DNA of 32,000 nt from Candidatus Nanosynbacter lyticus (GTDB lineage Bacteria > Patescibacteriota > Saccharimonadia > Saccharimonadales > Saccharimonadaceae), in assembly GCF_000803625.1 (NCBI RefSeq), contig NZ_CP007496.1, positions 210,001 to 242,000 on the forward strand. The letters are read 5' to 3'. Position numbers and translations under genes: made by a program. Shown piece after piece: positions 16,390 to 25,051 of this stretch. The notes under the pieces are model-generated. The model did not search any database, had not been told where the DNA came from, and saw only the letters and a program-made list of their open reading frames with translations. Each line of letters begins with the position of its first letter. Position 1 is the first letter of the stretch.

Positions 16390-17300
16390 AATTATCTTTT
16401 TCTCGAAAGAAATCTGATAAAAATTTAAGCCGTAGAGAGGTTGCTGCTCGTCGGCAGTTTGAAAATTACGACAATCTACCAACGCAGTCATATCGCCGAA
16501 ACAGAACTCTTAATAGTCGCCAGACAATTTCACCGTTAGAGGCCTCTGAACGGCTTGAGGCGCATAATCTAGTAAAAAAACGTCGTCATATGATGCAGAA
16601 GTTATTTATAACTGCAGTGTGTCTGGCTGCCGTGGTATTTTTATTGTTTCAGCTGACAATTAGTATCTCCATTCAGACTCCCGACGCTAAAAGTTCTAGC
16701 AATTCTGGTAAATACGCCAGTGTTCTTAACGAATATTACAATGCCCATCCAGCTGAGCGGTTTAGGTTTTTTCTGAACAATAATGATTTGAGGCAGTTTT
16801 TCTTACAGAAAGCTCCTGAAGTAAAAACTATTCGTGTGGAGGGTGATTTCTTGGCGCGTTCAGCCGCTAAGTTAACTTTTCGTCAGCCAGTAGCTCAGTG
16901 GTCTTCTGGAAATAAAGTTTATTTTGTTGATGATGGTGGTGTTACGTTTGAGCAGAATTATTTTAACCCGCCTACAGTTGCGGTTCGCGACGAAAGTGGA
17001 CTACCTACTCGGGGTGGCCAAGAGGTTATAAATCGGCAATTTTTAAGTTTTTTAGGGCAAGCTGTGTCTGAATTCTCGCAACATAAGCTGAAGGTGTCGG
17101 AAGCTATTTTACCAGCCAATACCGTACGCCAAGTCTGGTTTAAGGTTGAGGGCAGGGAGTCTCAGATAAGAATGACTGTTGATAGATCTGCCCGCTCTCA
17201 GGTAAGGCAGGCAATAGTAACGCTGGGATATTTAGATAAGAATGGTCAATCGTCAGGCTATATAGATGTTAGGGTAGACCAGCGGTCTTTCTATAAATAG
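16386..17300 (+). CDS. ftsQ: FtsQ/DivIB-like cell-division protein (POTRA domain)
   Basis: Basic N-terminus, one TM segment (LFITAVCLAAVVFLLFQL), and a POTRA-like VKTIRVEGDFLARSAAKLTFRQPVAQWSSGNKVYFVDDGGVTFE. GTG overlaps the murG stop (GTGA). Confidence 0.6.
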   Translation: MKLSFSRKKSDKNLSRREVAARRQFENYDNLPTQSYRRNRTLNSRQTISPLEASERLEAHNLVKKRRHMMQKLFITAVCLAAVVFLLFQLTISISIQTPDAKSSSNSGKYASVLNEYYNAHPAERFRFFLNNNDLRQFFLQKAPEVKTIRVEGDFLARSAAKLTFRQPVAQWSSGNKVYFVDDGGVTFEQNYFNPPTVAVRDESGLPTRGGQEVINRQFLSFLGQAVSEFSQHKLKVSEAILPANTVRQVWFKVEGRESQIRMTVDRSARSQVRQAIVTLGYLDKNGQSSGYIDVRVDQRSFYK

Positions 17301-17307
17301 AGCAGTT

Positions 17308-17342
17308 AACTTCTCTTTTGGATAGAGTAAGTTCTCTTTTTG
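17308..17342 (+). terminator. putative Rho-independent terminator after ftsQ
   Basis: AACTTCTCT / AGAGTAAGTT stem with one bulge and a TTTGGAT loop, followed by CTCTTTTTG. Confidence 0.45.
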
Positions 17343-18069
17343 TTCTATTTTGGCTATATAAAAATTATATATAATAATATCAAAATATGCAAAAGTCAAA
17401 TAATTAAGTCATGACAAACTAGGGGAGCGGGGAAATAAAAATAACAAAATGTCAAATAAGCAAAATCATATGTGGAAAACTTATAAGCAAACCGTATGTG
17501 ATATTTATTGGATGATACAGTGATGTAAAAATATCAATGTGGCATTTGCGGCGGGTGCTTTTAGGTAAATGAATATTTTAAGTTCGTGTTTGTTGGTGAG
17601 TTTTATTTAGCTTGTTGTGTAGCATGGTCTATGCTGAATGGATAGTGAAGTCCCCTGACTATTTTGGGCAAATAATTGTAATATTTATAGAGTGTGGCTA
17701 CATCAATGGACACATGTGTATACCCAAGTTAGTCGTGTATTTATTATTACGTAAAATGTGCATTGTGCGACATTAGGACTATATCTAAAACATGATTACT
17801 CTATCGTCTTTTTTGGTGCAAATTTATTCTATTTTATAAATCTGCAACTACTCTTCTTGTCTTGTGTCCTGTCTACTGATGGACCCTGCTTGGGCTATCT
17901 GATGTGTTCTTTTATGGCGGATTTATGGATCGTTTGCGTGATTGATTATTATAGCCGTATGTAGGTTTTATATTGCGATATTTGTTATGGCGCGTGTTTA
18001 GGATTTACTTTGACGCTTCCTTGAAAATCGTAAATAATTAGTTCGTATTTTGTTCTGTTATTTATCAGC

Positions 18070-18564
18070 TTATTTTTGAAAAGCTTGTGCAATTCTCTGC
18101 TTGATTAGATCACTGTTCCATTCGTTAGTTCTGAAGCGCAATAGGGGGATGCCTGCGTCACTGATGATTGAATTAACGAAATTATCACGTTCTTTACGCC
18201 TTGGCTGGTTGTGCGTGCTGTCGTCAAGCTCTACTGCTATAAGAGGAGACATATCATTGGTGCAGATTAAGAAGTCTATTGATTTTCTATCTATCTTGTT
18301 AAGCGCCCCATTCCAACTCTGCCCTTTTATTCTGTGCTCCAAGAACATACTTAAGTGGGCTTGGGGTATAATTACACATCCACTTACGGCTTCTTGCAGG
18401 GTTTTGTAGAATGACAGTTCATTTTCTGTAATTACACAGGATTTTTTAGTATATCTGTATTCCCTCTTTGTGTATTTTTTAATTGAACCTCTATCATTTA
18501 TTTTTCCCAACCCTATAATAAAAATTACGATAACTACAGCTATTATAAACATAAGTGTTTCCAT
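18070..18564 (-). CDS. DUF2726-domain protein (restriction-endonuclease-like fold) with N-terminal TM anchor
   Basis: ENELSFYKTLQEAV...IIPQAHL...NKIDRKSIDFLICTNDMSPLIAVELDDSTH...RKERDNFVNSIISDAGIPLLRF matches the DUF2726 pattern as I recall it. Low GC, about 35% by eye. Confidence 0.75.
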   Translation of the reverse strand: METLMFIIAVVIVIFIIGLGKINDRGSIKKYTKREYRYTKKSCVITENELSFYKTLQEAVSGCVIIPQAHLSMFLEHRIKGQSWNGALNKIDRKSIDFLICTNDMSPLIAVELDDSTHNQPRRKERDNFVNSIISDAGIPLLRFRTNEWNSDLIKQRIAQAFQK

Positions 18565-18570
18565 GAACTC

Positions 18571-18579
18571 ATTGTAGCA
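18571..18579 (-). promoter_or_regulatory. Extended -10 (TGcTACAAT on the minus strand), leaderless to ATG 18564
   Basis: The reverse complement of 18571-18579 is TGCTACAAT, 6 nt from the start. It sits back-to-back with the speH -10 box at 18599-18607. Confidence 0.5.
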
Positions 18580-18598
18580 TATTACTGTGGTTAAATAG

Positions 18599-18607
18599 TG
18601 CTATAAT
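18599..18607 (+). promoter_or_regulatory. Extended -10 (TGcTATAAT), leaderless to ATG 18615
   Basis: The box ends 7 nt before the ATG. No SD. Confidence 0.55.
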
Positions 18608-18614
18608 TACTAAT

Positions 18615-18962
18615 ATGAACACATCTGGGATACAATCTATCGCCGTTAAGGTGAGCGGATCTAACTCTGCCCTGCTTGATGATGCAGATGGGTTGCAAAA
18701 ACTAATGCGCGACATTGCCGAGGCGGCTAGCTTACACCCATTAGAGTCGGTAACTCATCAGTTCTCGCCGCAGGGGGTTAGCTCTGCTCTGCTTTTGTCT
18801 GAGTCGCATATTGCAGTTCACACATGGCCGGAAAGTGGTACTGCCTATACATCAATGACTACTTGTAAACCCTTGAATGATGTCACTATTCAACAAATAC
18901 AAGAATTAGTCGGTCAGGAACTAGCGGCTGAAGACATAACTATGAAAAAGGTGGATTTATAA
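18615..18962 (+). CDS. speH: pyruvoyl-dependent S-adenosylmethionine decarboxylase proenzyme (small SpeH/SpeD type)
   Basis: LLLSESHIAVHTWPE contains the E-S self-cleavage site and the following HTWPE motif of the small bacterial and archaeal AdoMetDCs. Confidence 0.85.
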   Translation: MNTSGIQSIAVKVSGSNSALLDDADGLQKLMRDIAEAASLHPLESVTHQFSPQGVSSALLLSESHIAVHTWPESGTAYTSMTTCKPLNDVTIQQIQELVGQELAAEDITMKKVDL

Positions 18963-18963
18963 T

Positions 18964-19638
18964 ATGAAACGTACTAAGGCACGCCTGAAGATTAACCAGA
19001 TTTTGACTGGAAAGAAGACAAATCTACGAGTGGTTGGCTGCTTGCTGTTTCGTGAGTGGAGTGAGAAAGATAAACGCTTTTACTACTGGGAAGAATGGGA
19101 AATCACTGGCCTAGCTGATTATGATACTTGGGTTGAGTATGACCACAGTGACGAGGTTGTATCTTTATATGAGCCAATTCGGTTTACTAGGTCAATTGAT
19201 CCGCAGCAGCTAAAAAAAGGTCAATCTTTTACTCTTTCCGAGCAGGACGGAACGGATCATGTTGTAGTTGTTGATGAAGTTGGCGTGGGCGAAATTGTGA
19301 ATATTAAAGGTAAAAACACCTATCAAGTTTTCCCAAAAGAAATGATGGCTTACGCTACACTGCGGGACAGTAAAGCGCCGAAGGGGCGCCAGCTAATTAC
19401 TATTGAGAAGTATAATAATCGTGAGTATGATGCTTATCGTAAAGTGAAGCTAGACTCTAAAGAGCAAAAGCGAATATTCGGCAGGACAATTACGCCGATT
19501 AATTGGTGGATGATTATATTTATAGTGTTTATTGCCACTGCTGTTATATTTACATTTTTGGATAATAGCTCCAGCGATGGGCATGGTGGCGGAGCGCGTG
19601 GTGTTTATGGCGGCAGTAGTGGCGGATTTGGAAAGTAG
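18964..19638 (+). CDS. DUF4178-like protein with C-terminal TM helix and Gly-rich tail
   Basis: RVVGCLLFREWSEKDKRFYYWEEWEITGLADYDTWVEYD resembles the DUF4178 core, judged from memory. TM segment WWMIIFIVFIATAVIFTF, then GHGGGARGVYGGSSGGFGK. The ATG is 1 nt after the speH stop and is preceded by GGTGGA. Confidence 0.6.
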   Translation: MKRTKARLKINQILTGKKTNLRVVGCLLFREWSEKDKRFYYWEEWEITGLADYDTWVEYDHSDEVVSLYEPIRFTRSIDPQQLKKGQSFTLSEQDGTDHVVVVDEVGVGEIVNIKGKNTYQVFPKEMMAYATLRDSKAPKGRQLITIEKYNNREYDAYRKVKLDSKEQKRIFGRTITPINWWMIIFIVFIATAVIFTFLDNSSSDGHGGGARGVYGGSSGGFGK

Positions 19639-19647
19639 GATATTCTA

Positions 19648-21177
19648 GTGCCGCGATTTGAAATGCATAAACGTGAGCAAGTGTCTTTATTTGCGGCGGC
19701 GATATTAGTGGCGATTGGCGGCATTATATATGAATTAATTTTGGGTGCGGCTGCATCTTACTTGGTCGGAGATTCAATCTTAAGCTTTAGCTTGGCGACT
19801 GGCGTAACTTTATTTGGAATGGGTATTGGTTCGCTGCTGGTTAATTATATTAAAATACATCCAGCGACCAGTTTTGCGACTAATGAGATTGTCTTAGGAC
19901 TAATTGGTGGTAATTCGGTACTTTTGATGTATACGGGATTTGTTTTTACGCGACTGCACTGGGTTATTTTTGCAATTATCAGCCTAGCGATAGGCATTTG
20001 TATCGGTCTGGAAATTCCACTTCTAGTGAAGATGTTTCAGAAATTTGGTCGCAAATCATCAGTTAGGTTATTTAGTAAGATTCTGGCGCTTGATTATTTT
20101 GGTGCGTTAGTAGCCTCCTTATTATTTCCCCTGATTATGTTGCCTCATCTTGGTTTGATGCGTAGTGCTTATCTGGTAGCGGCGTTGAATATCGCTGTGG
20201 CCGTATTGATTTTAAGGCAGATGAAAGCTTCTAGGGTTGTGATGATAGTTAGTATTGTAGCAACAATAGTTTTGTCTGGACTGTTTATTTATGCGACAGA
20301 GATTGAAAACGCAATTGATAAGCGGACCTATAAAGATCCGGTAATGTTTCAGCAGCAAACGCCATATCAGAAGATTGTACTAACCAGATATAAGAAAGAC
20401 ACCAGGCTATTTTTAAACCACAATCTGCAATTTTCTAGTCTGGATGAGGCGCGCTACCATGAGACCCTGTCTGCTTCTGCCCTGTCCTCGGTCGCTAGTC
20501 CAAAGCGAGTGCTGATTATGGGCGGCGGTGATGGCCTGTTGACGCGTGACGTGTTGAAATACCCGAGCGTCGAGCATGTTACTCTGGTTGATATTGACGA
20601 GTCAATGACTAATTTAGCAAAGACTAATCACCTACTAACTGACATTAATCAGCGGTCACTTCATGATTCTCGCGTTAATATTGTTAATCAAGATGCTTTT
20701 CAATTTGCTTTTTCGACGCAGGATAAATATGATGTTGTGTTGATTGATTTGGTTGACCCTTCGAATGAGCGACTAGCTAAGCTCTATTCCGAGCAGCTGT
20801 ACCGTCAGGTCGGCAATATTTTAACAGAGCATGGCGTAATGGCAACGCAAGCAACTTCTTCGTTCTTTTCTCCGCAGGCTTTTTATATGGTGGCAAATAC
20901 CATAAAATCCGCTCATCCTGGGCGGCACATAGCGGCGTTCTCGGTGAATGTGCCGTCATTTGGCGAGTGGGGTTTTGTGCTGTCAGCGCCAAATGCTGAT
21001 GTTGTGATGAGTCAGCCTTTACCAAAAGGATTGCGTTATCAAAATCAGAAGCTACTTACTTTTTTAACTAAAAATAATGCGGTTTCAGTTCCGTCGGGTC
21101 CCGTCTCTACGCTGATTTCTCCGCGGATAACTGATGTTTATAATGCTGATATGCGCCAGTGGCGTTATTATAACTAG
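19648..21177 (+). CDS. speE: polyamine aminopropyltransferase (spermidine-synthase-like) fused to an N-terminal polytopic membrane domain
   Basis: About 7 predicted TM helices in residues 1-215, followed by the SpeE fold: VLIMGGGDGLLTRDVLKY..VEHVTLVDIDESM, VVLIDLVDPSN. The start could instead be ATG 19663. Confidence 0.85.
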   Translation: MPRFEMHKREQVSLFAAAILVAIGGIIYELILGAAASYLVGDSILSFSLATGVTLFGMGIGSLLVNYIKIHPATSFATNEIVLGLIGGNSVLLMYTGFVFTRLHWVIFAIISLAIGICIGLEIPLLVKMFQKFGRKSSVRLFSKILALDYFGALVASLLFPLIMLPHLGLMRSAYLVAALNIAVAVLILRQMKASRVVMIVSIVATIVLSGLFIYATEIENAIDKRTYKDPVMFQQQTPYQKIVLTRYKKDTRLFLNHNLQFSSLDEARYHETLSASALSSVASPKRVLIMGGGDGLLTRDVLKYPSVEHVTLVDIDESMTNLAKTNHLLTDINQRSLHDSRVNIVNQDAFQFAFSTQDKYDVVLIDLVDPSNERLAKLYSEQLYRQVGNILTEHGVMATQATSSFFSPQAFYMVANTIKSAHPGRHIAAFSVNVPSFGEWGFVLSAPNADVVMSQPLPKGLRYQNQKLLTFLTKNNAVSVPSGPVSTLISPRITDVYNADMRQWRYYN

Positions 21178-21188
21178 AGTTCAATAAT

Positions 21189-23828
21189 TTATTGAGTGGT
21201 GCTCTTTTTCCGTCGTCGGCGTCGTCTTTTTGGCGTGGTGGTCGCGGTTGATTCGGGCGTGGTTGCAACTTCTGATGAGGACTTAGGCTTATCTAATCCA
21301 TTATTGCCACGAATTTGCAGGACAACCTCCCCGCTATCTATAGAGGGTTGTGTTTTATTTGGTTGACTATTGGTCTGCGGATTCGGCTTTGGGACGGCCT
21401 GCTTTTTCTGATTTCTGTTGGGCATGATAGTGTCGCTAATTTCTCTCTCGACATCCTCCCTGCTCTTCGAATACATACGCCTTGAATGTTCGATGATATG
21501 TGGCGTATTGTCCGCTTGGGACGGTGGAAGCTCCAGGCTGCGCGCTGAAAATGCAGGAGTTTTTTCGCCGCCGATTACCATATTGATAACAAAATTACGA
21601 TTATGCATCTGTAGTAGGTCAATTGATTCAAAGTTTGGCTCAAACTGTTTAGCTAGGATCGGTGCGTCATCGGCAGAAACTCGGAAAGAAATCATGGTAC
21701 CAACGTTACCAAAAACGGCGTCACGAACAGTTTCACTCATTTGGGAAATATACTGATTGGCGACAGTCAGATTAAGACCGTATTTGCGAGCTTCGGATAA
21801 GATGGTGGCAAATGAATCAGTGGCGAAATTCTGGAACTCATCGACATAGAGATAGAACGGACGACGATCGCGAACGTCAGGAATGTCTGATCGTGACATG
21901 GCAGCGAGCTGAATTTTTGTGACTAAGAAGGATCCCAGAATGGCGGCGTTGTCTTCACCAATTAAGCCCTTCGATAAATTGACGATGAGGATTTTGCCTT
22001 CGTCCATGATTTGACGAATATTGAACGTAGATTTAGGCTGGCCAATGATGTTGCGGATGATTGGGTTGGCGGTAAAGGCGCCGACTTTATTTAGCACCGG
22101 TGCGATTGCTTCAGCGACAAATTTATCGTTCCAGCTGGCAAACTCAACATTCCAGAATTGTAGGACCACGGTATCGCGACAATAGCCCAGCGTCTCTTTG
22201 CGGAATTCTTTATCTGTTAGCATGCGAGTAATATCAAGCATAGTGGCTTCTGGTCGGTCAAGTAGCGCCAGAATAGTGTAGCGTAAAATGTATTCCAGCC
22301 GCGGACCCCACGAATCGCCGAACATGCGCTTCAGGACGCCAATCACTTCTGATGAAATATTGGTTTTTTGGTTGGGATTAGTGACTTCTAGCGGATTAAA
22401 CCCTAAGGGGTAAGCGGTGTCGGCTGGGTTAAAATAGATGACGTCATTCAGTCTTGAGCCCGGTATGAACTTCATGTTATTGATAGCGAAATCGCCGTGT
22501 GGGTCAATGATGGCGTAACCTTGATTATGGAAGATATCGCTGAGGGCGAATAATTCCAGCAGGCCGCTTTTTCCGGCGCCAGTTTGCCCGATAATGTAAA
22601 CGTGGCGTGAGCGGTCGTAGCGTAGCATGCCGAATTGATGACTAATGCCGCGGAAGTTAGTGACTCCAAAGGCGGAGATTTGGTCGTCGTTGGCGTCATT
22701 GCCAGTTAAGACTGGTAGTTTGGACGGTGGTTCGGCGGTTTTGGCACTAGCCCAGACAATATTCGGTGTCTCAACATTGGTGTGTGGTAGGTGAAAGACA
22801 GAAGCTAGTTCTTCAATGTTTAAGATAAAGCCGTCGCCATAAAATGCTCGCTTACGATATTTCTCCAGGAATTCTTTACCGAATGCACCCTTGAAGGCGC
22901 GAAAGCCGTTAAGGTTGGTTGAGTTGAATTGCTTAAATGTACCGACCAGGGCTTGCATGCGAAGCTTTGCGTTGGTGTTACTTTCGCCCATGTAAACCAG
23001 TCGTATCTTTACCTCATAGCCAAGCTTTGTAGCCTTTTTTTCCGCTTCAGAAATGCGAGTTTTATCGCGGTCTGACAACTCAACAGCTGTAGACTGACCG
23101 ACTCCCTGCTCCGGTGGTTGCCAGAGCGCACCAAGTATCCCGACTATCCACTGCATGCTACCGCCGAGTCCTGGAAGCGACAAGCCGCGTCCGCTTTTTA
23201 TATTATTTATATATCTGTCTGCAGCGTGTTGCCAATCATCAGGAATCGGTCGAGCTAGCACCTGAATCCATAGCTCTTCTCCGGTAGTTTCTAATTTGGC
23301 GAGGGTGCCGGTAACACCAGCTAGCGGGTCAACTTCAAAATTCTGAAAGGTGCGAATTGGTAAAAATTCATCCGTAGTTAAAGTTAGTTCGGTTGAATAC
23401 GCAACCTCGTGATCACGCTCGTGCTCGGTATAATCTTCGTTGGCTTGATGAATTTGGACGGTTGGATATTGCGAGTAAATTTGACCCTCGACGAAACTTT
23501 GCAGAGTTTTTGGCACCCAAACATAAAAGCGAATTTGACCATTAACCGAAGCAATCTCAAAACTAATATGCTCCTGCTGTCCACCGGATAAGCGCAGTTC
23601 TTTATTGTCGCGTAAGATGCCGTGGAGTGAGGCAAACAGCTGCTCGGCGGCCAACTCCTGTTTATCATTGGTCCGTGGGATTTCCAGAACTAATAGTACG
23701 CTCTCAACAGGAGTAAATTCTTCGATTCTTCGATAATTTCGCCACGTCAGAAATACCAGAACTGCTACAATTGGCATCCAAACATACCATTGTAATAACG
23801 TACCAATAATCCAAGAAATAATCTGCAT
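21189..23828 (-). CDS. membrane-anchored P-loop ATPase of the VirD4/TraG/TraD type-IV coupling-protein (FtsK/HerA-like) superfamily
   Basis: N-terminal TM segment, Walker A IIGQTGAGKSG, Walker B PFYLYVDEFQNFAT, EARKYGLNLTVANQYISQM. Low-complexity basic tail ending KRRRRRRKKSTTQ. Confidence 0.7.
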   Translation of the reverse strand: MQIISWIIGTLLQWYVWMPIVAVLVFLTWRNYRRIEEFTPVESVLLVLEIPRTNDKQELAAEQLFASLHGILRDNKELRLSGGQQEHISFEIASVNGQIRFYVWVPKTLQSFVEGQIYSQYPTVQIHQANEDYTEHERDHEVAYSTELTLTTDEFLPIRTFQNFEVDPLAGVTGTLAKLETTGEELWIQVLARPIPDDWQHAADRYINNIKSGRGLSLPGLGGSMQWIVGILGALWQPPEQGVGQSTAVELSDRDKTRISEAEKKATKLGYEVKIRLVYMGESNTNAKLRMQALVGTFKQFNSTNLNGFRAFKGAFGKEFLEKYRKRAFYGDGFILNIEELASVFHLPHTNVETPNIVWASAKTAEPPSKLPVLTGNDANDDQISAFGVTNFRGISHQFGMLRYDRSRHVYIIGQTGAGKSGLLELFALSDIFHNQGYAIIDPHGDFAINNMKFIPGSRLNDVIYFNPADTAYPLGFNPLEVTNPNQKTNISSEVIGVLKRMFGDSWGPRLEYILRYTILALLDRPEATMLDITRMLTDKEFRKETLGYCRDTVVLQFWNVEFASWNDKFVAEAIAPVLNKVGAFTANPIIRNIIGQPKSTFNIRQIMDEGKILIVNLSKGLIGEDNAAILGSFLVTKIQLAAMSRSDIPDVRDRRPFYLYVDEFQNFATDSFATILSEARKYGLNLTVANQYISQMSETVRDAVFGNVGTMISFRVSADDAPILAKQFEPNFESIDLLQMHNRNFVINMVIGGEKTPAFSARSLELPPSQADNTPHIIEHSRRMYSKSREDVEREISDTIMPNRNQKKQAVPKPNPQTNSQPNKTQPSIDSGEVVLQIRGNNGLDKPKSSSEVATTPESTATTTPKRRRRRRKKSTTQ

Positions 23829-23837
23829 GATATGTAA

Positions 23838-23866
23838 ATTATCTCACCTCTGAAGGAAGTTTGCAA
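23838..23866 (-). promoter_or_regulatory. Sigma70-type promoter (minus strand), near-leaderless to ATG 23828
   Basis: On the minus strand: TTGCAA (23866-23861), 17-nt spacer, TGaGATAAT (23846-23838), then the ATG 9 nt downstream. Confidence 0.55.
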
Positions 23867-23872
23867 CTTAGC

Positions 23873-24925
23873 TTAAACAGCTTCGTCAAAAACGTAAGTA
23901 GCTTTCGCGACACGCTTGAACTGCGGTTTTGACTGAAGGTTGAGCAGAATAGTGGTTTCTTTAACCTGCCGCTTATCAAGGACTTGACGAACAATTTCAT
24001 CACGGTGCAATGGAGACTCAGAGTTTTTCAAGATATCGGTAATAATATCAGAGACGGTACCGCGACTATATCCCCAGCTGGCCAGTGCATAAATACCACG
24101 CCCAATCAGCACAAATCGACTATCTTTAATAAGTTCATTGTGAATCGCCTGAGTAGTAACGCTTCGTCGGTTAAACTCGCTGTCTCGAATACCTTTGGCA
24201 ATGTCAGAAAAGTGCATCGGTGAGCCGTTGGTGTCAAGAACGACATAGATTTTATCGCGGATGTTCTTTGGGTTAACTGATGGCCATTTAGCTAGTCCCC
24301 ATTGATTGTGTAGATTAGCTAATTTTTTACTAACAGTAGCCAATGCTGCAATATTTGATGGATGTTCGTAGTCTAATTTTTTATGTAGATCTTCCGCAGT
24401 GATTGGCTCGCCATGTTTTTTAATCGTCTTAACAACTTCTTCAACTCTTACTTTAACTTGCTTTTCGTTACCCAGAGTGTCAATGGCTGCCGCTTGATAG
24501 TAGTCGTCATTTTCTGTGATGATAGTGATATTTTCCGCCAACTCTCCGATAAACGCTACACGAGAGCGGTCAATTGATGAGGCCTCCTTGCCCAGGAAAT
24601 GTGATGCTAAATCTTGTATACGGGCTACTCGACCCATTTCTGATAGGCTTGAGGTTATTTCCTTTTCTATAGCAGTAACTGACGGTAGGGTTCCTTCGCT
24701 AACAGCAACTCTAAGTCGTGTTAGGATAGACTTTTCCAGCTGACGAACTCGCTCGCGGGTGATGCCGAACATATCACCAATCATTTCTAGCGTTTCCTTC
24801 CTGTCAGACAAGCCGAATCGTCGAGAGATGATTTCCCTTTCGCGCTCTTGCGGTATTTTGGAAATAATAGTATCAATGGCAGAATTTAAGTTGTCGATTC
24901 TTTCGGTTTTTACTGTCTCGTTCAT
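23873..24925 (-). CDS. sigma-70 region-4 HTH plus C-terminal HARE-HTH domain protein
   Basis: EREIISRRFGLSDRKETLEMIGDMFGITRERVRQLEKSILTRLR is a sigma region 4 sequence. The C-terminal MHFSDIAKGIRD...IHNELIKDSRFVLIGRGIYALASWGY is HARE-HTH-like, as in the RNAP delta subunit. Confidence 0.7.
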   Translation of the reverse strand: MNETVKTERIDNLNSAIDTIISKIPQEREREIISRRFGLSDRKETLEMIGDMFGITRERVRQLEKSILTRLRVAVSEGTLPSVTAIEKEITSSLSEMGRVARIQDLASHFLGKEASSIDRSRVAFIGELAENITIITENDDYYQAAAIDTLGNEKQVKVRVEEVVKTIKKHGEPITAEDLHKKLDYEHPSNIAALATVSKKLANLHNQWGLAKWPSVNPKNIRDKIYVVLDTNGSPMHFSDIAKGIRDSEFNRRSVTTQAIHNELIKDSRFVLIGRGIYALASWGYSRGTVSDIITDILKNSESPLHRDEIVRQVLDKRQVKETTILLNLQSKPQFKRVAKATYVFDEAV

Positions 24926-25020
24926 GCTATTAGGAAAATCCTCTCTGCCTCACCACAGGTTACATTGATTAAAATATGTTTTTAATTATACAATTGCATT
25001 TGATAAATGTCAATAGGTAA

Positions 25021-25051
25021 ATGCTATAATTGTTCATATAAATTATAGCAT
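25021..25051. promoter_or_regulatory. Perfect 11-bp inverted repeat carrying two face-to-face extended -10 boxes
   Basis: ATGCTATAATT (25021-25031), a 9-nt spacer, AATTATAGCAT (25041-25051). Each arm reads TGcTATAAT on its own strand. The minus-strand box has TTGCAA (25071-25066) 18 nt upstream. Confidence 0.5.

Noticed and set aside
185-16491. Other short overlapping or antisense ORFs in the track (for example 185-427, 824-1231, 1294-1506, 2300-2527, 6113-6322, 7262-7465, 10515-10718, 16291-16491).
   Set aside because: Each lies inside, or antisense to, a well-supported CDS, and none has initiation signals or recognisable motifs.
17758-17964. A 68-aa GTG-initiated ORF in the AT-rich gap.
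   Set aside because: It has no promoter or SD context, and its Phe/Leu/Cys-rich composition is what T-rich non-coding DNA would produce. It is treated as spurious.
17301-18069. The AT-rich 770-bp gap as a replication origin.
   Set aside because: I found only one good DnaA-box-like sequence (TGTGGAAAA, 17471-17479) and no box cluster. The genomic context is not dnaA/dnaN.
21177-21189. An 11-bp gap between the convergent stops of the aminopropyltransferase and the ATPase, with no terminator hairpin.
   Set aside because: There is no room for any structure and nothing positive to claim. Termination presumably occurs inside the opposing gene or is factor-dependent.
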